A DNA stretch of 64,000 nucleotides from Takakia lepidozioides (Eukaryota; Plantae; Bryophyta), in NCBI GenBank assembly GCA_030704615.1, contig CM060733.1, positions 75,454,001 to 75,518,000 of the forward strand, written 5' to 3'. Position numbers and translations under genes: made by a program. Below are positions 26,539 through 39,900 of the stretch, piece by piece. The notes beneath the pieces were generated by a model, which saw only the letters and a program-made list of their open reading frames with translations, was not told where the DNA came from and ran no database searches. Position 1 is the stretch's first letter; each line of letters starts with the position of its first letter.

Positions 26539-26672
26539 AATCCGAGGGACAATTCATGGAAGTTTATGGATGGGTGCACTGCTGGAGGGACCCATTCATC
26601 AATGTGTGACCTAAAGGGTTGCTGAAATTATCTTGCGGTTGTGATCTTGAGAGTAATTGAAGAAACCGCGCT

Positions 26673-27841
26673 ATGGCTGCACTCGCCTATGGGCCTTGCA
26701 GGTTGTTGCCTGCGCGCTTTCGCCTCTCCTCAATCTCTTCCTCCACCAGACGTGCAAGGCTCTGCACCTGTTTATCATCAGACAGAAAGGTGGAACCCCC
26801 AAATGTGGCACAGCTGTGTGAGAAAGCCCGGCTTACCCTAACTCCCAAGGAGGTACAAACCATAGCAGTGTTCTTGATTCCTCTAAGTCTTCCCAAATTC
26901 AGCAAATGCTTCTCCATATGGTCCAAAAAAGCTGTCTCTTAGGCTATGATAGGTCCAACGCTTGGTCTTTGAGTTTGTGATGAGTGAGGCTGGGGAGGGT
27001 GGTTCTGGATATGAGAAATTCTAATTGATTGCATTCTCTGTTGTTTGAGAAGGTTGAGGAATTCGGACTCCAAATTGGACGCATTGTGGATTGGTATGTC
27101 CTGAACGCATTGAACTGCAAGCCTCCGTATCTCACCCGGTTTGCCCATCCGCCAGGCGTTCTGGCGATTCCAATAAGTTACGTCGATGAATAGGACTTTC
27201 TAAATAATTCGTCATACTGGAGTAAAGCTGTAACTGTCGGTTTTCTATGTGGACAGGTTTGCACAGCTGCAAGACGTTGATCTGGAGAACATATCACCAG
27301 CTATCCGTGTTGGTACTGCATTTCCCACCCTTTTTACAAGCATTGTGCGCACAAGGCCCCTTACCACTATTTTGATTGCACTGGTCTAACGTTTTGAAAC
27401 GAAGATTGGCAACCCTGAAATTTGAGGCCACTGAAGCCTTTGGCCGGACATGTGAAATTATCAGGGGATGTCGATGGCACGACCACACTGAGAGCAGATG
27501 TGCCGAGGACCTTTCCAGACAGGTGGGTCTTCTCTTTTGCAATTTACTGAACTACTGTTTTGGCATCTGTATCTGCGAACCGGAGATCAGTGAGAGGTTG
27601 TAACAAAAAGAATGTGGGCCCTTATCAACGCTGAACAATTATGCAAGCCTTTGCCGGCTTCACCTCACCCATTGCAGAAGCATCAATGCAGTTACTTGCA
27701 GGTATTTAGTTCTCAAAATGTCCAATACCAGCATTGTAAACAATCTCCTGTTAATGCAGGGAGGCAATGCTCGGAGGTGCACCAGAGCTTGAGGGACCTT
27801 ATATAAAGGTGCCCAAGATCCTCAAAGAAAATCAGGAATGA
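26673..27841 (+). CDS. GATC: Glu-tRNA(Gln) amidotransferase subunit C, organellar; exons 26673-26852, 27053-27093, 27257-27312, 27465-27522, 27760-27841
   Basis: Transit-like N-terminus, then PPNVAQLCEKARLTLTPKEVEEFGLQIGRIVDWFAQLQDVDLENISP..LRADVP..GPYIKVPKIL; intron phases consistent. Confidence 0.92.
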
Positions 27842-29169
27842 TGTATGAATGAGCCTTGTGGCTCTTCTTCATACCTCCAAAGGAAGACCGGCAGGAAGGC
27901 TCAATTTGGCTTCATCTTTCTTTTGGCCTGATTGAATGTCTTTGGCTAAGGAGACAGGATTTTGATACCTATTAATGTTCCCAGATGACTAGGTTTGTTG
28001 TGAAGAAAGAGGGGTTACTGCCTCTCACTTTCTGCGATGGTGCAGCCATGAGATTCACCCATGCTGAAATGAAACACCGGGGATCAAAAATTACTTGTTC
28101 AACAATTCTTCTTGCTCAATTGTTAAGGCTTTCATGCCAATCATAGCAGCACAACCAGAATACTTTTGCTATTGCTCGGTGGGTGTATCATTCCATAGGG
28201 TGGTTTTGCCTTCCATGGACCTCATATACACCCAAAAACTCCTGGTAAGACAGCACACAGTTCTTGCATTGTTGGCATCACCTCATATCAAAGTGTGCAG
28301 ACATCCCTGGTACCTTCTCTCTTTGTCACATAGGTGTACCACCAGTTGTACCCTCTTCCATTTTTTTAATGCAACATTCTCTTTAAGGTCAGTATGTGAA
28401 TAAGTTCAGCTGTGAATAGATTGCAATCTTGGCACAAATTTTGGATGCTCCTTGTCTTGCACTCCTGCTCACAGCACTGATTGTCCTTGAACATCACAAC
28501 CTGTGGCAGAGAGGTGGAGATGGCCACCCACTTACCTCCCTGATACTGCACCTCATCACGTCCGTCAGACAAAACATAATATTCACTAGTCGTATGGAAG
28601 CAAACAACAGCAGTGTCCTTGGTGACCCTTCCTTCGGCGTCTGTGGGTTTACTTAAGCATTATCAATGCACAGGAAATCCATCTACACAGTACAACTCTA
28701 AATATTAGTGGTTCCTTTGCTTCTGAGCTAGGATGAGTAACTTGTACAAATAAGGAGCAGGAGCCTGGTGAAACCCATACTAGATTCTTGACCATAAAAC
28801 ACATGCATTTCCCATTGGCTGTGTGACATCAAGATCTACTGCAAATGCTGCAGCTTAGTTCTAAATTTAGAAAAACATGAGACAGTACAGGAAAGTAAAG
28901 CCATTTTGGTAACTGTTCAATTGTGAGAGTAGCAGTCAACAACAACAGAAATAGACTGGCAAATGCTTCTACCTCTCAGTTGAATTTCTGAAACAATGAT
29001 GGGATATATTACAAGGAATTGCCATGCTTTTAGTGACTGTTCTCTAATGCCCATCCACCATAGAATCAATCTACACCAAGCCTTCAAGCCTTCAGTGTGC
29101 CTGACTGTGGCCAAAGGTTTGACCATAGGATGATAAGATCAATAATATACAATTGATAAGAAAATAAGG

Positions 29170-30893
29170 CTAAAACAACTCTAGGCATGGTGGGCAGTAA
29201 TTAAAATCGGATGCTATCGCTAAAGAAGCTTGCAGTTCTTTCTGGACTTTGCGGCGCTCAAAGAAAATGGGACAATCAAGAGAAGTACAAGAAATCCTCC
29301 CATCAGCTCCTCCATTTGACCCACCACAATGTTGGCATAGCTGCAATAAACAAGGAATCCAACAAGTTGAGCCTGGTGAGTAGAAGTGACATACTACAAT
29401 TAGCTTAAAACTGTATACATGTGGCAATCAACAAAACATTCAACTGCAAAGTACTTACGGTCACAAGATGCTTGAACTCCTTTTCTAGTTGAGCTGTTCG
29501 TGCGGCAACAATAGCAGCCATGGCTTGGGGATTGCCAGAACAGCTAGTGCAAATAAGTTGGGACCCAGGCATTATTTCCCCACAAATTGTACAGTGTTGA
29601 GAAAGATAGTAATGATCAATCGTCCCTTTATGAACAGCTCCTTTGCCAGATTTGCCGAGATCTGACCCAGCTTTTGCAGCACTCTCACTAGCAGCCATTC
29701 CTCCACCAAATCTCTGTAATGGGAGATTGCCAAAGGAAGAAGAAACACGCTTTGACATCGGTGGCCGGTACACGCGAGGCATTTCAGCATACCATAACTT
29801 CAAATCAGCACCAACAAGGCCAAACACTCTTTGCAAAGCAGGAATGATCTGCTTGGTGATGTAATATGTTTCATGCAGTCTTAAACTTCTCTCCAACATT
29901 ATGTGTGGGCTTACAACCATGTCAGACAATCGTGCTCCTGGCTCTCCGTGGACAACCACATATGGCACCCGCTCTCCATAACAGGGTTCTGCCCGGGGAT
30001 CTACAGCCATGGCCTTGGAGGCCACAATAGCGGCCGGGGGCAGGACAGATGACCGTGCACTGTATGTGCCGAGGCGCACCTCCTTGGCAAAAATGAAGTC
30101 TCGCAGCGAAATGCGACCACTCAAAATCTTGCTCCACTGCCGCTGCAGATATTGTTTCACCTGTGACATTTTTCCAAAGATTTGACAATGCGGAAGGAAT
30201 GAATTGATAGTTTGTGAAGACATAGACAAAGAGAGATCATCTCTTCAGAAGCCGGGCCACTTTATCATCACACAAAAAAAATTATGTTCATACACTCCCA
30301 CAGGATACAACTATGTAATATTGAGATTCACTCTAGCTTGTTCAAACATGTAAGACATGAGCAGCAGTGGAACTGTGGAACTTCTTCATTGCCTCACTCC
30401 CTAAATTATGAAGCTGGAAAGAGAAAGAGCCCAGAGAGATTTTGGGGTACCTGTGAAAGATCTTGCGTCTCAAAGAGAGTCCTGAGTGAACGCTCTAACA
30501 TCTTGGCAACAGCAGCACAACTATCACGGCGGACAGTTTCAATACCTTTGGCATCAAAGGTCGGTTTCAGCTGCCCAGGGCTCTCATAGCTATAGCCTAC
30601 ATATCGCTTTTTCGTAAGCAACACACAGGGGTGATAGACCTTCTCCATTTTCAGTGTCACAGGGTTTGGATTTGATGCTGTAACAGCTGCTGCAATTTCC
30701 TGTCCTATCTTGAAGGCATCCTCTCTTGTACGTCCCTCCAAAAGGACAAACATACTGCCACAGACAAACCATCCCATCTTGTTCCACAGTTAGGCATGAC
30801 CCACTCCTCTCCACAATGCTTGTGAGATTCTATTGTGCATTTCTCTCAGTTCCCATGGACAGAGCCCTCAGGGTTCCCCATGGATATGATAAA

Positions 30894-30940
<47 letters not shown>

Positions 30941-33900
30941 AACATGTTTCCTGTCTGTGACATGTGCGAGGACCTTAAGGATGATCTCAAGGGCCTACCT
31001 ACCCTCTGCACTAGACTGAAAATTAAACTCAGGGTGGGAAGCCTACCTAACAATAAACAGATGCAGAGAGGAAAAGGAGATTGTAATTGCCCAATGTGCA
31101 GGCAGGCTGAAGACAATATCGATTTTCTGATACGTTGTCCGGGATATTCTCACCGAGAGTGACCCTCTTCAGGAACATCAAGAACACTTTTCCCGCACCT
31201 CCGTTCACCAACTTTGAAAATCTTGAGGCTGAGTCCAAAGCCCTGGCTCTGCAGGGGTCTAATTGCTGGGCAGCTCGCACACATCAGGTTGATGCTTGTG
31301 CGAAGGGGTTTCTAGAGGATATTTGGAAAGCCCGAACTATTTGTCTTTATCTTGGTAAGTCCCACTACCAGACTGGGCCCCTCACAAAGGTAGAATCTGT
31401 TCCCTTGTTCTGCCCAAACTGGGCACGGGGTCTATGGCCACCAGGCTGCAGCAAACACCATCTCATGAGTACATTCTCTGTCTCTCCCTCCCATTGTTCC
31501 GGTCAAAGAGCCGGGGTGGAGTCTGGTGGCTCTTTAGTGTTTGACCATGCCTGACAGGTGCCTTCAGCTATGAGGACCGAAAGTTCCTTGTCTCTTGCCT
31601 ACATGAGGCTTCCGCCTTCATGCAAACCTTGATCTATGAATAGTCCTTGGCATTAAGAAACTCAAAAAATACAGCCACTAATGCAGAAGCTATTGGTCCC
31701 CATACCTGTCTGTGTCTCCATAGACAACACGGGCATCCCAACGAGAATGGGAGTTCACAAGATGAATAGCACGTTCAAGTGTTTGTCGCCCAAACTGAAC
31801 TATGCTGTCAGCCAGCTCTGCGCATGGCATCCGTCCACTAAAACCAGCAGCAGTATACCCATACGTCACATTTGCAATGAGCTTCAGTGCGAACTGGCGT
31901 GCGTTTAGTATCTGCAGTGACAAGTTGGCACATATATAGTTCATGAACAGCTTTCAAAAAAGCTCATGTAACAGACCCACAAACAGCTAGTCTATAATGA
32001 CAGGCTAAGATCTAGATGGTACCCTTTGCAGCACCCGATGTTGAGGGGAGAGTTTCTTCATTGCCTGCTTCACCATGATGCGCGTTGATAGAATCTCCTG
32101 CAACAACCTTGGCAGCACACCTTGGCACACCTGCACATCCCAAACATGACAGATCAGCTTGAGTACCCGGATCTTTCCACTGAGAATCTAATCCTCAAGA
32201 ATCACCAAAGGGATGTTTGTTATCAAGAAAGCTCCCACCAGTTCTCAAAAAATTTGGCCACCAAGCTCGCATAAACGAAAATGCCCCAGCACAAGTATCC
32301 AGCCAACATTGAGGTTGAAAGCTCCAAGATACACAGAGGGTACGTTTACAAGTCAGTCACTCTCCCTCTACCTCGCTGGAAGGGCCAAAGCACATATGGA
32401 AACCAAATATGAACACATCAGAAGTGCAAGTATAGTAGTATGGGGCAGCATCAGGGATACCTCAGGTGGAGTGAACAGAACACCATTAGGTGTGATTGTA
32501 AGACAATCCTTCAGCTTTCGCAACAGTTGAGGTGGCAATGTCAACGAGGTTACGCCCAAGACTTTGGGGTTGTTAGGCACAACTTTCCCCAAGCAAGTTG
32601 AGAAGCACAAATTGTATGCAATAATCATGGACGGGTAAAGCGACTGAAAATCAAGCACCACAACTGGACTGGTGTACAGCCTTGACTCTGGCTCCATCAC
32701 TAAAGGCAGGCACTCCATTGCTGGTTGGCTAGCTACCTGCATTCATGTCGTAAGCCATCTATGAATTTCACTCACTGAGAAAAGATCAACAAGATTTTTA
32801 CTTTATTTACATGTCTTGGATATCTCTCTTAGCTCTCTCAAGGAGGAAATCCTTTACTTCTCTGTCTTTCAACCTTTTTTCTTCAATTAGTGTGCCTGGC
32901 AGTGTCATGTCTGTTGTCACTACAGGTTGTAGCTTCAGTGCTGGAATCATGCTCATACTTATGTTTCAATTAAGCACATAAAGTCATGGCTAATTTCTTG
33001 CGAGTGGACTGCTGTCAGCCACACACATGCTCATTGTACTTCCAGGTCAAGTACCCCACAAAAGCCTCAGGGAGTGTTCGTATCCCACAGGGACAAGCAC
33101 TTACGGGTATATATGGCCAGCATTCTAATCCACCAGTAACTTCTTGCCCAGCTACCGTCCCTGATGTCACTGTCTCTCAATCTGTACATCTCCCTCTGTT
33201 CCCATCTCGTCTACACGAGCGAATCTGTCTCTTCAAAAAGAGATTTAACTGACATGCTTCCAGGCTAAACCTACCTGTTGCCTGCTTGGTGAAAGAAGTA
33301 GGAAATTCTGGGTATGTGCCAGACGCGCCATCATAGACTCTACCCGATACTGAGAGCCACGTGAGAAAACGGAGAAGAAATCAATTCCAAAAGCACGAGC
33401 CAGCTCTGCAGTTCGGTTAATCTGTCACACAGTAACCACCAGGTCAGCATCTTGGTAAATATCATGAACAAGTTCTTTGCTTCACAGAGCTACTTATAAG
33501 AATGTTGATACAGACAGTGCGAAAGTTTCCAACCAGCCACCTGGAAGACCCCATCATGGAACTAATAGCAGCCATAGTTATATTACTTAGATAACAAAAG
33601 AAATCAGTGTGGCTATAAAACTACCCTTGAGGCAACCTGATAGTCACAAATCCAACAAAAGGATGGCATAAGATCACCTCCATCAAATCCACGAAGAAAG
33701 TAATGTATCACAGACACACTTACCAGATCCAGTTGGTCCATGATCTGAAGGTTAAGACGTGCTCTGTCAATGAAATACTCAATGCAAAGAAACCTGCCTC
33801 CTGCCGGTCCTCCACGAAACCAGTTCGAGAGTGTGCGCCAAGGGATTTGGGGAACCCTTCTTCTCAGCACAGCCTCTGCCACAGCTTCAAGTGTATAGAT

Positions 33901-36900
33901 GCCCAGCTTTACCTCCCCACGCATTATACGCCAAAGGTTCAGTACTATTCGACCTCCCACAAAAATGCCACTCCCATGTGTCCGTCCCCATTCATCTTCA
34001 ATAATAGGATCACTAACTCCTATTGTCTCAACAGGAACTTTCCCACCAAACAGAGCATCTCTAAACTCTTGTGGTCCACAGGCTCCTTTCTCAGCAACAT
34101 TTGAGGTTGCTCTTGTCAAGGGTGGTGTACGCGAGAGTTGCTTCAGAAGCCCAATACCAAGATTGGCTGCTCTCTCTGCTAGCAAACCCAAGGAGAATCC
34201 CTGGATCTCCCAGCCAACCAGCATGTCAGGATCACACAGACGAACCAGCTGTACAAAGCATTTGAGGAGTGTTGACTCGTCAGGCAGGTAGATGATGTCA
34301 CAGCCTGTTACCCCATCTATATTTCTGCATCCCAACTCCAACACCCATGCAAGAAATGCAGCTATCAATTGATATATTACTGAGCCCACCTACAACAACA
34401 AGATAGCACATGCACAACAAACAAGGAGAGCTAAGGACAAGCAGCAGACAAAGTTAAGTGCGTTTGAGGTCCAGTTTTACTTCTCGTGCACAAGAAGCGG
34501 AGTTTCTAACTTCAAACAAATCATACAGAGAGAGAGTACCCAGTTGCGAAAAGTCTAAGCCCTGAACAGAGATGGAGTGCATACCGGCTGACAGAAGCAG
34601 CCGTCGGATCACGGATAAGAACCATTGTTTTACTGTTGGTGTAGCCATCGCCCTCATCATCGTACTGTATTACAACCACCACACAAGCAATGGCATCATA
34701 CCGAGGATCTGGGCGCAAGTCTCCTCGAGTCTCTGCAAGCACCTGCCCAGTCCAAAGCCACATTCAGCTTGTTTAGTCCAACTAAGCGTACTATCCAAGA
34801 GGAAGTCTTGTTCCTTGGGAATGTTAGCTATCTCCTACACTTTCGGTGAAAAGATTTGCAATAATTATCCTCCTAGTTGTGGATTTGAGAATATTAAGGT
34901 GTATGAGACTGCCCGAAATCGTCATCACGCTCACACAGCTGACGAGCATCCAGCTCAGGAATTGAGTGTTATCTCTGCTGGCCTAAACATCATACTAGAA
35001 AGCAGCTATGCTGCTCTAGCCCTCTAGCTTGCAGCAGATGTCACAGGCAGTATACAGGCAGTATATAGACACAAGTCTCTGCAAATTCAGGACAAACCCA
35101 TTACGCATCAAGAAGAGAAACTGGACTGTTCATGAAAGCCAATTATGGAAAACATTGCCGAACATAACACCCCACTGGTAGAGACAGTTGAACTAGAAGG
35201 AAAGAAAATACAAATATAATATGTGCACAGGGGCCCTTGAGGGCCCATTGGACAAAGTAGAACAACAAGAAACATCAAACCATGCCCAAAGATGACACCC
35301 ATGCAGGTAGGCTGGTAGGCACTTCGGGTGCTCAAAGCCAAAAGCCTCTGCTGAAACCTTGGAGTCTCTAAAGAGGCAATAGTATCATCCTTGGAACTCA
35401 ATGTATCCAGGACATGAGAAAAAGAAATGGTGTTCTGTTTCTATTGCCTGAGAGAATATATAGGTTGAAGAAAGAGGGAAGCCAACCTCCATACTCATTA
35501 GAGTAACCTGCTGACCAGCCCCCACATTAGCAGGATCTCGAAACCCACTTTGGCTGAGGGGTGTTGGTTGGCCTTTCACTGGAGAGGGGCCCGTGATTTG
35601 TGATATGTCACGCCATTGCAAAGCTGACTTTATGACAACTTCCTCCTTGGGCTTTTCCATTGATGAAATCTGCTTGAAGCCAGATGATACTGAACTTGGT
35701 CCCTTCTCTCTGTCACAATTATGGAGAGGGACAGTGGAGATGTCCAAGCATGGGGCATGACCTACAGTTGGGTGTGTGGACGGCATCATGTGGTGAGAGG
35801 AGTGAGCCAATGGATCCTGTGATGCTTGAGGTTCACTTATAATCAGGCTATTCTGTAAAGAGGCGTGAGGTGTAACCACTCCAGATTGCTGAAGCTTGAA
35901 AGGAGACACATTGACCAGATGTTGTCCAAAGACCACCTCGCAAGAAGACTGAGGATTCACTGGGGTTGATGGACGAGCAATAGCGTTTGAAAATAACTGT
36001 GGGTTGGCTGTTTGCTTAGGAGATACAACACCCAATGACCTTGTAGGAAGCGAATGTGCGGGAGAAGCGAAAGGGGAGCGAGCATAACCGGGGCTTGCAA
36101 CAGACAGCACATGTTTCTCGTCGTACTTGGGGGAGGCAGGCCTAAGGAATTGAGCGTCATCATCTCTTGTCGCCTTCAAGATCAGGCCATCCTGGCTGGA
36201 ACTACTGCTTCCTATTTCTGCAAGGGGTACAAGCTTGCCAGTGTTGGAGTCCATCGTGAAGAGTTGGTCCCCTCGTACACTTGCAATCTGAAGGTGAGAA
36301 GCTTCCAATTGTGTTTCTGACAGCCACCGCCGTACAGCAGAGGCATTCGGAGGTGGCCTAACTGGAGAAAGCAGGTAGGAAACAGAGCCATCATTTTCAA
36401 AATGGCACGGAACCCCTTCTACTGCATCTGCTTCATGTGCTGCACCCCAACTCTCTTTCATATACACCCTCGGTCTTGTACTGCTACTGCAGGTGCTCTT
36501 TTTACTTTCACACCCGAACAGGAATGGTGGTAGGTCTGGTGCTTCTTTTGATTTTACTGCAAAATAGAAAAGTCATGTAAGTCTTGCAAGCATGCTATAT
36601 AGGCACTTCACATAACACCCACAGTAATGGCACCCTCACAGTGTAGGGCAGAGAATGTTGCGCCAAGACAATAAAGAGCACTTGAAGAAAAAGAAAACAG
36701 TAAATAAATACAATCTAAAATGCCTTCCTTAGACCTTGCAGCAGCCTGGTGGCCCAAGACTCTGTGCCACTTTGGCCAGAGCAGAACAGGAGCACGGGAG
36801 ACTCAGCTTCAATTTTTGGGCTTTTGATGGTGGATTCTTCTCTTAGCTGGATACAGACACTCTCGACCAACTTTGGTGTCGGAAAAACTTCTGTACAAAC

Positions 36901-39900
36901 CTCCTCAGAGGAAGATGAGAGCCATTTCCACAACACTTAATAGCAGGCCATAGGTGCCAATGCTTTCTCCATGGTAGCTCCGTTATATTCTGGGTTTTTT
37001 GGCCTGCAGACAGATTCCGTGGGAGTGGACCTGCACTAAAAACCACTTTCTCTTGTGGTCCCCCTTGCAGGTCATTCCCAGTATAATAGGGCTTCACCAT
37101 GTTGAGCTAGTTTTGGTCTCAGACTACAATTCGCTGCCCTACCCAGAACCTTCTCATATTCACAATCTCTCCAGAACTCTCCCACATGACCCAAACATTT
37201 CGGCTTCATCCCTTGGATTTTGATTCCCTCAAGGAGGCCGTCGTTATGGTGGTGGCCCACCCAAAGAGCAGCACGTAGGTTTGTTTGACTTGTTCACATT
37301 ACAATCTCTTGGTCTGCCACTACCACATAGTGAGATAACTCGTTTCCTGTGCCAAAGCCGTCTAAATTGAACCACAAGGTGCTGTGTACCTTAAAAATAA
37401 AGAGAGAAAGACAGAGTTCATATGAGGGAGTGCACAAACCATCCATGCTTCTGACCAAAGAGGCCCTTCACCTTACCATTGAATACCAAGCCTGCCATTA
37501 TTGCGGGCCGCTCCGGCACATCCTTTGGATTCCCATAGAAGACACCTCCGTATTCAACCGGTTCGAGGCCATGTGACCCAAGACTTTCCAGAAGAGCCGC
37601 TTTGGTTGGTGGCCTCTGATGAAACCGCAATGGAACCAAAGACTCACCCTCTTCATCTCCTGCCATCAATGGCACTCTATTGGACAACTCATGCTGGGGA
37701 GGAATGTCTTCCAGTGGTGCAGGCTGTTCCTCTGCAACAGTTGCAAGGTATACCCGCCCAGAAGTTCCAGAAGGGGAAGTTTTGTTGTCTGGTGGCTGTG
37801 TGTTTGGTTGGGGGGCACCATGAATACGTCGAACAGTACAGGTACTCGTACTTACATAAGCTGCCACTGGCGTCTGTCTGGCTGAAGTCTGGCTTATTTC
37901 CATTACAGAGGTGTTCATTTCCACAGTGACCATAACCTGTTTTTTGGGCACAAAGTCTTGCAGCTCTGGTTTCTCTTCTTTATCAGGCCGTAGGGACCAA
38001 TTAGATTCACCCTCTGAATTCTCCTCAGGGCCCACTTGACTCCCATCCCTCTTATGACCCCCCCCATCCCCACCCCAGTGAAAACTGTCCTGACTCTCAT
38101 CTGACATATCAGTGAAATGCATATCTGACATTCCCTCTATAGCTTTGCTCACAACTACTTCCACTGAATCATCACTTTCAGACTTGCAAGCTTCAAATGG
38201 CCATTCATTTTCTCCAGAAAGCAACTTCCCCTCTGTTTTCAACACTGATTCGCTCTTAATATCGGGTTCTGATGCCACAAGTCTCACACCCAATCCGGTA
38301 CTTGGTGTCACAATGTGCCTCATTGTAGCAGTCGCCATATATCTCATCTGTACACCTGAACCCTCCGACCGCCCCTCTGGTGGAGCCAAAAGCTCTTCAA
38401 GTATGATCTCTGGCTTGTTTGACAGACCAAGAGCTTCTTCAGAGGCCATAAACTGTCCTTTAATATCCATTGGGAGAGAAGCCCCAGCCATTACACTAGT
38501 GCTCTCTAGAGGCAGCATTGCATCTGAGTGCAAGCCAGTGGAGCACCCAGAGCCTTGCCGTGGAGTCAACACGCCCATGACCTGGTTCCCAGGAGCATTG
38601 CCCACACACTGGGCATGCTTCCCTAGGGTCTCAATTGAATCCAGATCCTTCAAGTAGTTAGGGTTCTCACTCATCACAGTGTCAGCCAAGCATAGACCAA
38701 GAGTGGATGCCAGCCAGAGGTCCTGGTACTCCTTTGACCCATTTTGCTTAGAGTGAGCCTTACTGTCAACTTCTGCTGCTTCACCTTTCGACTGTGTTGA
38801 TTGCTCGCAAACAAGAGCTTCTCTTTCCATCTCCAAACTACTGGAAATCTTGACAAATGATTGCCTTCCACCCCCACAATTACGATAATCACCAATTTTG
38901 AGTAATCCAAAACCCCACTGTTCCTGAACTTCATCGCCACTCCTGAGCTCGAACTGTAGACCATGGTGTTTTCCCACTCTTACAGGTTCAGATGGGCCCC
39001 TGACTTCTGCTAATTCTTTGACTACTTCAAAATCGAAGTCCTTCCTCCCCATTCTGCTAAGGCTATTTCCGGTGGGCACCTGCACAGTAGCAGGTTCACC
39101 CCCAGCCTGTACTACTGGCAAGACACTGAACTTCGGCAGTTTTCTTGCATTGTTTGGTGATTTACCTCCCTGCTTGTGACACTGTATCTCAGGCTCTTGA
39201 TGTCTTTCACCAACCCTGCCCAAGGTAACAACACTTTTTTTGGACAGTCCCTTGTCTTCAGAATAATGATCCATAAATTCAAATACTTCGTTCATAACAG
39301 CTACAGCCCTACTCTTTGATTGCTCCCTCTCCCCACAACTCTCCGTCAGCAAATTCTCTCCCACGGGAGAAGCCTCTGTCTTGCGTGGTTGTCGCTTACG
39401 TTGTTTTCTCATTAAGTCACGCAACGACAATGCACTCCCTTTCTTCTCCTTGGATGCTCCCTTTTGCTGTCCTACAGTGGTAGAACGTACAATGTCAACA
39501 GCTTTCTTAGCCTCCTCCTTCGGCAGCCGTACCAAACCAACATTCATCTCAGGTTCCACCTCACTGGATAATCCAGGGGCTGCCTGCAAAACAGTTCCAT
39601 CCATCCCTGATACCTGCCTCTCATTTGTGGTTTGCATAGGCACAACACTAACAGGAAGGGATCCCCATACAGATTGAGATCTCGGCATGTGTCTACCATG
39701 TGCTGCTTCAGAAGCTGCTGCAGTTGAACTGCTTGGGACAGCAAGTGTGACCCTTGACATATAATTCCCATGCTCATTGAGCCTTCCTTTCTTCCTGACA
39801 ATGCTTGGGTCCTCTTTCACATTTACTCCCAATCTTTTCCCCTCTGAAGAGGAGGCTGGTTCAGATTCATTGTCACATGCACCATCCATTTGGGGAATTT

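Noticed and set aside
32131-32460. Second possible U12 intron in REV3 (donor GTATCCCT)
   Set aside because: The donor deviates from RTATCCTT, has a U2-like AG|GT context, and no CCTTAAC-type branch site is visible near the acceptor.
36700-37330. Possible LINE relic in the REV3 intron
   Set aside because: Only vague Trp/Cys-containing fragments; no motif strong enough to call.
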